A stretch of 49,337 nucleotides of DNA, filler included, from Catajapyx aquilonaris (lineage: Eukaryota): assembly GCA_000934665.2 (NCBI GenBank). It is 2 parts of 2 records of this genome, joined end to end, with 100 filler letters (N's around TTAATTAATTAA, not from the genome) between each part and the next. Parts side by side here need not be neighbours in the genome. Positions count along the whole stretch, not along the records: positions 1 to 24,615 come from JYFJ02005478.1; 1 more part is not named here. The stretch is one strand, 5' to 3'. A model generated the notes under the pieces. The model saw only the letters and a program-made list of their open reading frames with translations. It had not been told where the DNA came from and made no database searches. Positions 1-10,445 of this stretch are shown piece after piece. Positions within the stretch are counted from its first letter, which is position 1; each line of letters opens with the position of its first letter. A program made the translations under genes and the position numbers.

Positions 1-1400
1 CTTCCTTTTGTCTGGCATGCCTTTGACGATGTAAAAGGAGGCAAGGTTTTTTTTTTTTCTCTCCAATTTTTGCGATTGTTATCGGTCCTTTTTGTTATTT
101 TCCAATGAAGCTTGAAGGACGCAGGTTCACATTGAACTTGCTTTTGAAGTATTACTTCTGGAGTACGAGTATAATTTGTATTGTTGGGATAATACAAGCA
201 GTTTTTTTACCTCCTGTTTTTTGTCGTTGACATGGACGGAGCATTAGCACCAAAGAAACTAAAATATTTTTTTTTGAGTTTTAAACATTTCCCATTTTTA
301 ACGTATCGGAGAAGCATATTTGGGCCTGTAGGTTTTGTGAATAGGACATGTTAGCAACTTAGGTTGTATTTGGGAAAATGAGGAGCTGGTAATTAGTTGC
401 TGATTTTTAAAAAAAATATTGTGGAAATTTTTTAAAATATTTGTTCCAAAGCACTCCACATGTTTGTTTTTTTTCCTTGAATATATGTCTACTGTGCCAC
501 TTGAGTAGCCAACAAGTGACAAAAAGGACACTTGACGAGTCGAACCCTTTTTTGTCCAATGTTATATCGGAGAAGACTGATCATACATAAATGTAGTTTA
601 ATGAGAGTTAAAAAAAAATTCATAGAGAAGTCAGATGATTTTGAGTGAGAGTGAGAGTGAGAAGAAAGGGATATTTTTACATATTTAAAAAGTGTAAATG
701 TATTATTCTATGGACGACAAATTTAGTAGGATGAGAAAGGATTTAAAAAAAAAGTGGGACCCATGCTATTTGACGAATGTCCAGTTTTTTTTGAGGCACT
801 GTTTTTTTTGTAATGGTTTTTATTTTCTGCACTGATGCAAATTTGCAAATATTTGCTTCCCCAAGTTTTTTGGTTTGTAAATCAGTGTAACCAAGAGTGT
901 TCTTTGATGTGGCAGGATATGTGGAGTGTGTGCCAACCTGTTTAATTATTAATTATTTCCTCTGTTTCTGCAGATGGCCCGTTTTGTCAGTAGGTTTACT
1001 GTAACTTTGGGGTCTCTGTTCCATGACATGAAACAGTGTTTACGGGGAAAGAAAGAAAAAAAAGAGACGAAAACTACTCCCCCCTGCCCTCCAATTTACT
1101 CCAGTCATAAAACTGCCTCGAGATTTAAACTGTACGAAAAAAAGAGTGTTTGTGTAAAAATATATATATGAAATAATTGGTCTCGTTCCAATGACCAATG
1201 CCGGGAAGGAAAGAAAAAAAATAATGCGAGTACAATGTTTTTTTATTTTCACTTTTTGTTTTCTTTTTGTGGACTTTACCTTTGCAACACACGATGTGAA
1301 GACACTCATGAGTGTACCAAGAAGTGGTCATTGTATATTATATCTTGAAAAAAATAATAAGGGAAAAAAAACAATACAGAAAAAAAAAATGTATATTCCA
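1..1400 (+). other. Probable 3' UTR tail of an upstream plus-strand gene
   Basis: No credible ORF. Many T-runs and TGTA motifs on the plus strand; the bias tends towards A-runs nearer the RMND5 stop. Inference from composition only. Confidence 0.35.
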
Positions 1401-1599
1401 AGATTGACTCAGGGATTTTCTAGAATGTTGCAGCAAGCATTTTCAAGAAGGCCCGCGCCCACCAGCCCCCAAAAACTTCCCTTGTGCATTTTTTTTTTAC
1501 ACGAAAAGGAAAACTTTGCCATACTTCCTGTGTGACGGCATTACCTGATCAACAATGAGTGCATAAACATTCAGATGCCTACGCTTCGTCAGGTGATGA

Positions 1600-2946
1600 T
1601 TTTATTTGTATGTGATAACGATGTGCGAACCACGTCGTCCCCACCCCCCTGAAACCATTACTTACATTTAATTTTTCTCCTTCACAAGACTATTTCTTAT
1701 CAATTAGTACATGTTAACAATGTTGTGTAAAGATAAATGTAAGAAACGTAGGGCTGAACTTAACATTTTTTATTATTATTTTTTGTTGAAAATTTCCTTT
1801 TCAAACCTCCCCCATTTTTAGCACATCATGAAAGACAACAAAAAGTGCGTCCTGTTCCACTCCTGCTCTTTTTATTATCATTTTTTTTTTTTTCATTTGT
1901 CTCCACTGTACACAAGGGGTAATGGTGAGCCGAACCACAAAACCACTTCTTTCAAGATTGCAGTCTTTCAGCTAAAAGTAAGCGTTTCCAATTTGCCGCT
2001 TCCAAGTTGCGCGGCCGTCAGTCACTTAGAAAACCAGCATACAGTTATCCTCAGCAGTTGCATACATACCAAAAGGAGGGGGGCGACAAGGGAATAACAT
2101 TAGGCATGACTAAAAAGGCTGTCGTTATACACTTGTGTGAACTACATACTACGAGTACCAAGGGTGACGTGTATCAATCCCTAAGTTCATTCGGTTGGCT
2201 CTCTCAAAAAAAAAAAAATGTTTAGGTATAAACTGTCACCTTCTACACATGCAAGTTCAGGTAGGCTTTTTAAAAAGAACAAAGTTCAACAAGTTGCACG
2301 TCGGAGCAAAAATGGGAGTGACATTGGTGTGGAAGGTACGTTGCGGCAAATAATGGCAACCAACAGGCATGAGTTTTCATGTTTACCAGCTGCAATTGTT
2401 GTTAGTGGCCACCATTTGATGAAAAGTTGTGATCTCACTCGTGCCATTTTTTCTCATCAGGTGCAATCTAGAAACAACGTAGCTGGGATGGGGATTAACG
2501 TTTGTTAATAACACGAGTGGCGATAACAAGAGCCTGACTCTGAAAATTGCCTGAACTATCTGAATAATTGCCATTAGATAACATGTTTGCAAGGCTTTTG
2601 TTAAAATGTTTGAACTTGTTAAGAAGATGTAGTCCCTCTCTCGATTGTTTCTATCGAGAAAATGCGGGAACTCTAATGGACATATAGGACTGGATTTCCA
2701 TGACATTTTTTTTTTTGACGTAGTAGTAATATTCTGTTCTCTTATGTGACATATCCGTATAATTTGCACCTGAATGAAAGATGAAAGAGACCAACTCTCA
2801 TAAATCCTCACTAAGCGTCACCACAAGAAAACAAAAAGAAAAAAAAAGATCACATATTAATAAATATATCGAAACCCACTCCCTCCCCAAATGTATATAA
2901 TAATATAACCAGGCTCTCATAATAATAAATCTCCCTCGGGAGCTCT
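1600..2946 (-). other. Probable RMND5 3' UTR
   Basis: Follows the TGA stop and is U-rich on the minus strand near the stop. Minus-strand AATAAA candidates at 1601-1606, 1768-1773 and about 1871-1876. The true end is unknown. Confidence 0.4.
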
Positions 2947-3268
2947 TCAGAAGTAGATCTGCCTTGCATCGGCAGGGTTCTGCTCGACGGGGCAATAGGG
3001 ACACTTGAGCTTGTTGCTGTTGCAGAGCTTGTTGAGGGCGTCCCTTGAGATTACGTGTCCGCAGACCAGTCTCATGGGAGGGTTGGCATCGCAGCTGGGC
3101 TGTCTCAGGATAGGGCAGGCGAAGATGGAGTGGTAGCGGTAGTCCTTCCCAAGCTTGATGTCGATGGGCAGCTCTTCCTTCCCATTCCAAATGTCGGACA
3201 CATGGCGCTGCTGCATCATCTGCTTCACGTTCAGGAGGGCTGGCAGGGCAGTGCAGCCTGCGTTTATG
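2947..3268 (-). CDS. RMND5A: RMND5 exon 4 (end of CRA plus degenerate RING, stop)
   Basis: Acceptor CAG at 3269-3271; encodes [16 protein letters not shown]...[18 protein letters not shown] then TGA. Confidence 0.95.
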
Positions 3269-4339
3269 CTGATGGCGAAATAAATCGCATGGTTATTTCA
3301 TACGTGTCCATAGTGCTTCGACTTTATTTAGCTTACCAGACGGAGAGTGGACTCTCGGAGCTGAGTCCAAGTAGAGAGCAGGCGTCTCTGACAAAGGCAT
3401 CACAGATCTCCAGCCACAAAGTTGGATCCAGGAAGTGGCTGTACGGCGAAGTGGCAATCCCCTGGTGCAGGTACAGGAGGGTGCCCATCAACGTCTGGAT
3501 CTCTGCGCAAGAAATGCGGACGTCATGATTATGTAGGCAATTTATGTCAACAATAAATCACACCTCTCTCGTGCTGTCGTATAAAGTGCGGGAATGTCTC
3601 CCTGGCGTACGCAACAGCCTCGCTCTGCTTGGAAGAACCCTGCCTGACAAGATCTATGAAGTGAAGCCTGTGCAGCATGAACTCCAGGTTGCTGTTCTGC
3701 AACTGCAACGCATCCCTATGCGCTCTGGCCCAATCAAGCGCCGGCTGGAGCCGATGATTCTGCAGCGCATCCAGTATGTGCGCCAGCTCCCTAAACGGCT
3801 CCTTCTGCGCCTCGTCCACCTTCAGCTGTACCTCCTTAGCCAGCTCCTCCCCAATCTCCAGCATCCCTTGACGGTAAAAGTGCTGGCAAATCGCTTGGTT
3901 CAGCAACTGCGAGTTGTCACGCCCGGAGAAGACATCATCACGGGTGGCGGCCGCGAAGTCCGGGATAAAGTTGCGGTCGATTGCCTTCCCCACTTTGGAC
4001 ACCGTGCTATGTAGATCCCGGTGTTCGGTTGCCAGTTGCGCTATTGTCTCTCGCACGCGGGACATCGCCTGGGTCAGGAGCACCACCTGGGACGGACTCA
4101 GCTCTCCGCCTTCTGCCGGAATACATACATTACAAGTGCAACTAGTGCGCATAGGCCTAAGCATCGCACGACCCCAATTTTCATCCGCTGGATACGTTAC
4201 CTTTTTCCCAATCCTTCCTGATTCCTTCCAGGAAGTCTATCAGGTCCTGCACGGTCCTCTGGGAGTTGTCCTGCATTGCGCTGAACTTGTACAGGACCTT
4301 CTCCAGCTCCCTCTCCACGGCCACACAAGCCTCCATCAT
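2947..4339 (-). CDS. RMND5A: E3 ubiquitin ligase RMND5/GID2 (CTLH complex); join complement(4201-4339, 3564-4112, 3337-3502, 2947-3268), 391 aa
   Basis: Four exons splice in frame through GT-AG introns of 88, 61 and 68 nt (phases 1, 1, 2), total 1176 nt. N-terminus [16 protein letters not shown], internal [19 protein letters not shown], LisH/CTLH/CRA segments and the degenerate [16 protein letters not shown]...[10 protein letters not shown]...KCPYCP match RMND5 proteins as I recall them. Confidence 0.96.
3337..3502 (-). CDS. RMND5A: RMND5 exon 3 (CRA region)
   Basis: Acceptor tttcttgcgcag, donor TG|gtaagc; encodes [55 protein letters not shown]. Missed by the ORF track. Confidence 0.93.
3564..4112 (-). 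CDS. RMND5A: RMND5 exon 2 (LisH and CTLH motifs)
   Basis: Acceptor ttccggcag, donor AG|gtgtga; encodes [11 protein letters not shown]...[13 protein letters not shown]...[10 protein letters not shown]...HFIRQHER. Confidence 0.95.
4201..4339 (-). CDS. RMND5A: RMND5 exon 1 (coding part)
   Basis: ATG ATG GAG GCT TGT GTG...; donor AAG|gtaacg. The start could be either ATG (4339 or 4336). Confidence 0.93.
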
Positions 4340-4399
4340 CTCTCTGTTGGACTATCGGCCCAACAATCCGCCACAACAATACAATGGAAAATATAATAA

Positions 4400-4670
4400 T
4401 TAATAATAATTAAGAAAGGCCACAGAACAACACTGGTCTCCTTCTGTTCTATTTTTCTTTCCTCCAACTCCTATTTACTGTGAAAGTGGGAGGGGCTTGG
4501 TGAGTGACGTCATGGGATGCGAATATTTCGCGAATTTTATATTTACAAACATGTTTAGACTTAATCCTGCCCTTAATCCAAATGAGGGTCGAAATTTTAA
4601 TTGATTAATTTTTTTGGGTGCTAATTATTGGGTCGGAGGTCATTGCCCATTTGGCGGATACGGTAACTTC
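4400..4670. promoter_or_regulatory. Probable divergent (bidirectional) promoter
   Basis: Immediately upstream of RMND5. Full CRE TGACGTCA at 4505-4512, TTTCGCG at 4527-4533, Inr-like TCATTG at 4640-4645, then a plus-strand donor CG|GTAACT at 4663. Confidence 0.5.
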
Positions 4671-6142
4671 TTTGTGGACGGTGTCGGATGCTGGACGCTT
4701 GAGGGCGTGCGGTGCATTGCGTAGTTAGACTTTCAGTTGTAATTAGGGTGCGAATAATACCACTATTTAGTGTGTGCCAGATGGGAACAGTCGCAGTTTG
4801 CTAATTAGTTTGCAAAATATTTGCAGATACGATCACTATAGGTGTTGTGCATCAGGGCGCTGATAGTAGCTAATATGTTATATTAGCTATGAATTGTCGC
4901 ACATTACGGGTTAGTTCTGTACTTAACTGCTGTAATATGTGGATAATTTACGTTTTCCACGGTTTTGCACGGTTTTACATGTGACTATATTAATTATGAG
5001 TGTTGGTTTGCAGTATTTATGCCACTTTTAAGCCTTGTTGTAAAGTAGCTGTTTTCGCCCACAACCTTGATGGGCCATGGAAAGGTTGCCAGACCAACAA
5101 TCGGCAGCTATTAGAACCTGGTATGCCCGTATTAGCCGATGCTTCATCTGGCACCTCCCTGTTCTTGAATGCTCCAATTGTTCCGGTTTGCTGTCGTAAA
5201 AAAAAGGTGTTGGCAGGTAATTTAACCCCGTTTATTCCACCCGATCGGACTCGTTACTTCAATATCGAACTCTGTGCTGATATATCAGGTCGTTCTGCAT
5301 AGTCATAACTGCAGTATTGCCTGGTTTCAACTGTGAAACTTTGACCCCTTCCGTTTGTTGTAGTCCATGTGTGTGTTCTTGATCGCTGGCGTCCGCCATA
5401 GCACAAACAGAAAAATTGGATGGAATTAAATAATGGCGAACAGAAACTTGTAAACAATCCGGCGAGGAAAAGAAACCTACCCAAAAAAAGAGATGCCCAA
5501 CAATGAGGTAGGAAGTCCGTTCCGATTGTTGCAGCGAAGCCCGGCTGTGGTTGATTCCCCCCAGTAAAACGTGTTTGCAACCAGTTCCATCCCCTCTCTT
5601 TTTCCATTTTTAAAGGACCACTAAAAATAAGAATAAGGGAAAGAGAGAGAGAGAGGCAAAAAAAAAGTGAGGGGAGGGGGAAGGAGAGGGGGGAAGAAGT
5701 TACGATGAGTCATCAAACCTAAAAAAAAAGAAGAAAAAAATTTTGATGGCCGACGCCGACTTTTACAGAAAAGGTTTTTAATTTTTCTGCTGCCTCATTT
5801 TTTGGTGTGAAAAAATGTCTCGAAACTTGTGTGTGTGTGTGTGGAGGTGTGACAATGACGTGACATAGAATAGGTGACAATGCAGGGTGCGGTTTGGATA
5901 ATATGCAAAAAAAAAAAGAGAGGAAAAGGACAATGAACTAGGTGTCGTGCTGTGATTTTTTTTTTTAAATAGTAAGAAACTTTTTTGGTGGTGTCTAATT
6001 AGTTTGGTGTAAGTTCATACGTCGCAGCGTGGCGACATGTGATTAAAAATGGTAAAATGTGTGACGTTGTATTGCACTGGGCACTGTGCCGTACTGCTGT
6101 ACGAAGGTGGAGTAAGAGTGGTGCAGTTATTAACATTGCTTA

Positions 6143-6265
6143 GGGTCGGTTTCACCGAGCTCACGAGTTAATTTTTCTAAAAATCCTCAGTTTTCATTGT
6201 TGACAACAATGTTTGCTACGGCAATTCTTGTTATAACCGAGCTTCTAAGTTGAGCTCGGTGAAAC
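6143..6265. mobile_element. Small MITE remnant, PIF/Harbinger-like
   Basis: 15-bp perfect inverted repeat GTTTCACCGAGCTCA (6149-6163 and 6251-6265). Left end TTA|GGGTCGGTTTCAC; right end replaced by a local duplication. Confidence 0.5.
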
Positions 6266-9200
6266 TCGTTACGTGAAGCTCGTTACGTGCAGTGTAGTTC
6301 GCCAGCACAGTAAGACGGCAATGGCCAAACATTTACAATAAACTACCTGTAAGATTCTTAAAGTGTGTTCAGTAGACTGTGCGGATATATTCATTTGTGT
6401 AAGCGTGAACCGATATTGCGTCGATACCATGTAACTAATCGGCAATTATGTTTTTCAGAAACAATGGAGTTGAAAGTTGCATGCTGCTGGTCCGAGACGC
6501 ATTGTTGGTCAAGGGATGGTCCTCGAAGATGCGTGATGCACGTGCACAGAAGAGCGTGACGGGGAAGAAAAGGCATTCCCAAGCGTCTCCTCTCTCACCC
6601 CATGCGATGACACACAAGGTAATGCAGGTAGGATGTATGCTTATCATAGTCTAAATTAGTGAAGTATTTGTAATGAAAATCGTATGTATCATGGTCATAT
6701 AAGGTGTTTCACGTTCATGGGTCATCACTGATATTGCCTGAAGCAGTTATATTTGTGTAGCTTGCTGCGCCTTGATCCATCTACCCCTACTCTACCGCAA
6801 CTGCTGTATTTGACCACCTGGGAGGAGTGTGTTGGGGCACAACAAGCAACACAAAAACAACTACTACGGGCAATATCAGTGATGATGATGATGATTGAAC
6901 AATTCTGTCAACAATGAATAACTTGAACTAACCTGGCTCTTCTTCGGCCAGACAAATTTTCTGGGAGCCGGTGCAACCCAGCCTATAGTGAAGTATTTAT
7001 CTTTTATGTACACACTCCGCTGTTTAAAATTTAACTAAGGCAATACAAAACAAATGTTTAGTAGGCCTGCATTACAGTATCTGATGAGAAAACATATATG
7101 TTTATTGCTTGAGCGGGACTGTCGGATAAACGGGGTTCTACTGTAGTTCACTTTGTGGTGGATGTGTGGATCGCCAGCCTAAACATTTGATTTTGATGCA
7201 GTGCCTTCAGCGAGAGTGGTACTGGCATCACAATGGAAAACAATGACTGTCAGCAATTTTCTGTGATGGCAATATTATGGCCAGTCCTTGACTTACATAG
7301 CTCCGACTTGTGCAAATAATTTCAGACATGCGCAAAGAATTTGTGAATGAACTGGTAATGTATAATGCTGCTAACTGTTAGAAAACATATTGAATTTTGG
7401 TGCATGGCAACTCAAACCACTGCAACTCATTCCCTCATCACACAGTTTACATGTGACAGACATTATAGTGACTTGCTTCTTGGGTGCTAAAATGCCAGAT
7501 TTGGCCAATAATGTGCTTCCTGATTTATCTGATTATCCTTGATTTCAATGAGTATTCTCTGGTCTGGATTGATTGTCACGGGAAGGTCAATGCTGCTGGA
7601 TTCAAAACCATACCCTCCAGCCTCTGACAGACTGAACCATGAACAGACTTTCGACAAGAAAACCAAGAACTGCTGATTCACTGAGCTGGAGGATGCCAAA
7701 GAAACTAAGCACATTTGGCTATAAGAAGATAGAAGTAGCCCGAGGGAGGGAGAAAGAGAGGGAAACGAAGTATTTTTATTAGATCATCTCCGATCCCATT
7801 GAGACCTGCCCAGCTTAAGACACTCTAGCCAAGCTCATGCTGTGGACATGAATATCATTGACAGTTTTGTAAATCAGTGCATTTCAGAGGTAACTCTGAA
7901 TCACACAACGATCAACAGTGACTGTGCAGTTCACTTGATTTGGTACACTGGCATGGCAGCAGAATAAAATCTTGTAGTGTACTCAGAAAGTGGTAAGTGC
8001 GAGAAAAGGAAGCTTGTGTAAAATTTTGAGTGTTAAGGAGTAGGAGGATTATTATTATCAGAGACATGTCAATTTCAGAGTGAAAATTAGAGTGCTGCAA
8101 AGTGGTTCTTGAAAATAATGTTCCCACAGCTAACCTAGCTTTTCCGACAGGTTTTATATCAGTGGACATAAGCCATGCAGCGTTATGGCTATGATAACAG
8201 GTGCTTATAGTATGTAATTTCAAGAGCTATTAATATTTAACAAATCAAAAGGCATTCCTGTCAAGTTGCTTTGTGAGAAAATCAGGTGAAATGAAACAAA
8301 TTGGAATTCCAGTCACGTGGAACAACATCAAAGGAATTGTTTTTGTTCCAGAAATCAAGGGAATTTTGTTGGGATGCAGTTAATCTGCATGAAATTCATG
8401 CATTTTATCACCTGCCTCCTGTGTGTGGTCTGGCTGGTAAAATAGTATACCGTCATCATCACTTTCCGTTCTCTGGTGAAAAGTTGTATGGGATTTTTAT
8501 CATGTTGTGGAGGACACACTTCTAATAAATCATCTACTCTTCACATTGAATATTTTAATGCATTCTATCAGTGTGACTTATCAAACGTAACATTCCTTGG
8601 ATACTTTAAATGCTTTTATTAGGTGGTTGAGAAGTAATATATTTTATCTGGCCTGCGTTAAGGGCGCTCCGTCTATACCCATGTCACTTAGGCACATCAG
8701 GGTTTTCATAGAACTTGCGCTAGAAATTGTTTAGGTTACTGGATGCCATAGAAGAGATCAGAATGGTGAGAGCTTGATGCCAGAATCATGAATATTGGAA
8801 ATTTGAAATTGTAATAATTTGGCATCCCGTTCTAGGGCCATTGGCCCTTTTGACAAGGAAGGAGAAGAGAAGGTTTGAACTGACGTGTTCATTACTTACA
8901 CATGGTCATCATGACATCAGAGAAATCATTAATTAATTTTATTTTTGAGCATAATTGAAAAAGGAATGCAACTTAATGTCATGCTTTTCTATAACCAACT
9001 TTTCCACATGCGTTGTTTTGCCAGGGGGTTGAAAAAAGAGGCAGCCATAAATCGTGTGATGTAATGATACGTTTTATTACTACTTACACCATCCGCAGTC
9101 CCTTGCATCAATCATAATATTCATACAAACACCTGTAGTTTTCATATATGTAGAGTTATTCTGGAAATTAATAATCATTTGCAAATTTGAGATGGGCAGC

Positions 9201-9758
9201 CCTTAATTGAAATAATTTTCCTGATTTGTGATGAACATTGCTTTTGTAGTAGGCTACCGGTATTCATAGTGTTGTATATTGTTTGGGCTCACAATTAGCT
9301 TTTGTTTCTGACTCTCATGTATCCTGTTTAAGCTCTTGGAGAGGACTTCCGACAATTCATTCCATGCCTCACAGTTGTTTTAAACAAGTTTTTTTTAACA
9401 GACATTTATCAAATTGTACGGTGTTGTGCGCGAGGTTGTGAGGTTTTTATTTCCCACTTTTTCTGAATAGTTGCGGACAATTTTAAATAGTCGGCTACCT
9501 GGGCATTTGTTTAACTTTATCAAAGATTTTGCAAATGATATAATCAGTGTTCAAGTCAATGGAGGAATTCCCAGCTATAAAGTGTACAAAATACCCTGCT
9601 GTTAATTTCGGTTCACTTTTACACATTTCTTAAAAAAAGTTATGAACCTGAGTTATTACATTTTTCGACCAGAAACCCCAAACTGGGGATCCATACAACA
9701 GTACTGGCAATACTTGTACATTACAAAATTTTAATGCTACTGTGAGATCTGTTGAGTT

Positions 9759-10107
9759 ATTTTATGTGTTTTTATTTTTTATTTTACTTACCCCATTGGG
9801 GGAATCTTCACTCCTTTACCGGGGTGGAATACCACCATTTTTCCAACACTATTTTCTGAGTTATCTTCGAACACTGTGCAAGGGAAGGGAAAATGGATTT
9901 TTGGGGAGGGGACACTTGTGCAGGTGCAATGTCTTAAACGTTTGGGCTATGTGAAGTCTCCCAGGAGGTTTGGTTGCCAGACACCTCCAAGGCGCGGGTC
10001 AGAGACCCTCCGGACGCAGGTGAAAGGGAGCCCCTGGGTGGGGATCAAACCCGGGACCTTTCGCTCAGCAAGCCTAGACGTTACCATCTCGGCCACTGCA
10101 TTTCCCC
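9759..10107 (-). mobile_element. Full-length tRNA-derived SINE with 15-bp target-site duplication
   Basis: Minus-strand head GGGGAAATGCAGTGGCCGAGATGG (A box) ... GGTTTGATCC (B box) and an A-rich tail. Flanked by exact direct repeats GAGATCTGTTGAGTT at 9744-9758 and 10108-10122. Confidence 0.88.
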
Positions 10108-10309
10108 GAGATCTGTTGAGTTTAATAATATTGTAGGCCACAGTATATTGATTGCCATAATAGTTTACATTTTGAATTTGACTAGCTTCTGTACTGAATT
10201 TACCTGAATTTTTGAAGGCTGCACCAAGCTAGACATACAAAGAAATTGTCAGTAGTGTGTCATCCCAATAAAATTTTCTCCCTGGTTTCTTTCATCTTTT
10301 CTGGGAGCA

Positions 10310-10445
10310 TACTGCATATGAGACACATGTTTTTCCCCCCAAAAATTGCTCAAAAAATCGCCATGCGTCTTTTATGCAAAAATACAATACAGTTTTTTTT
10401 TCCTGAAAAATGATCTGCTGAAATGGGCGTGCATCTTACGTACAA
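10310..10445 (+). mobile_element. Degenerate Tc1/mariner (Tc2-like) non-autonomous fragment, copy A
   Basis: Shares TG[C/T]GTCTT..ATGC.AAA.TACAATA ... ATGATCTGCT.AAATG.G.GTGC.TCTTA with 15895-16032. Confidence 0.5.

Noticed and set aside
2960..3130. Extra cysteines in the RMND5 RING (SCD, LCN) as a restored canonical RING
   Set aside because: They are not at the missing zinc-ligand positions.
3055..4396. Plus-strand ORFs of 156-160 aa overlapping RMND5
   Set aside because: Antisense shadows of GC-rich coding exons with no recognisable protein features.
10020..10107. tRNA gene (also about 35145-35221)
   Set aside because: Only A/B boxes without a complete cloverleaf, followed by SINE bodies; the first also has a tail and TSD.
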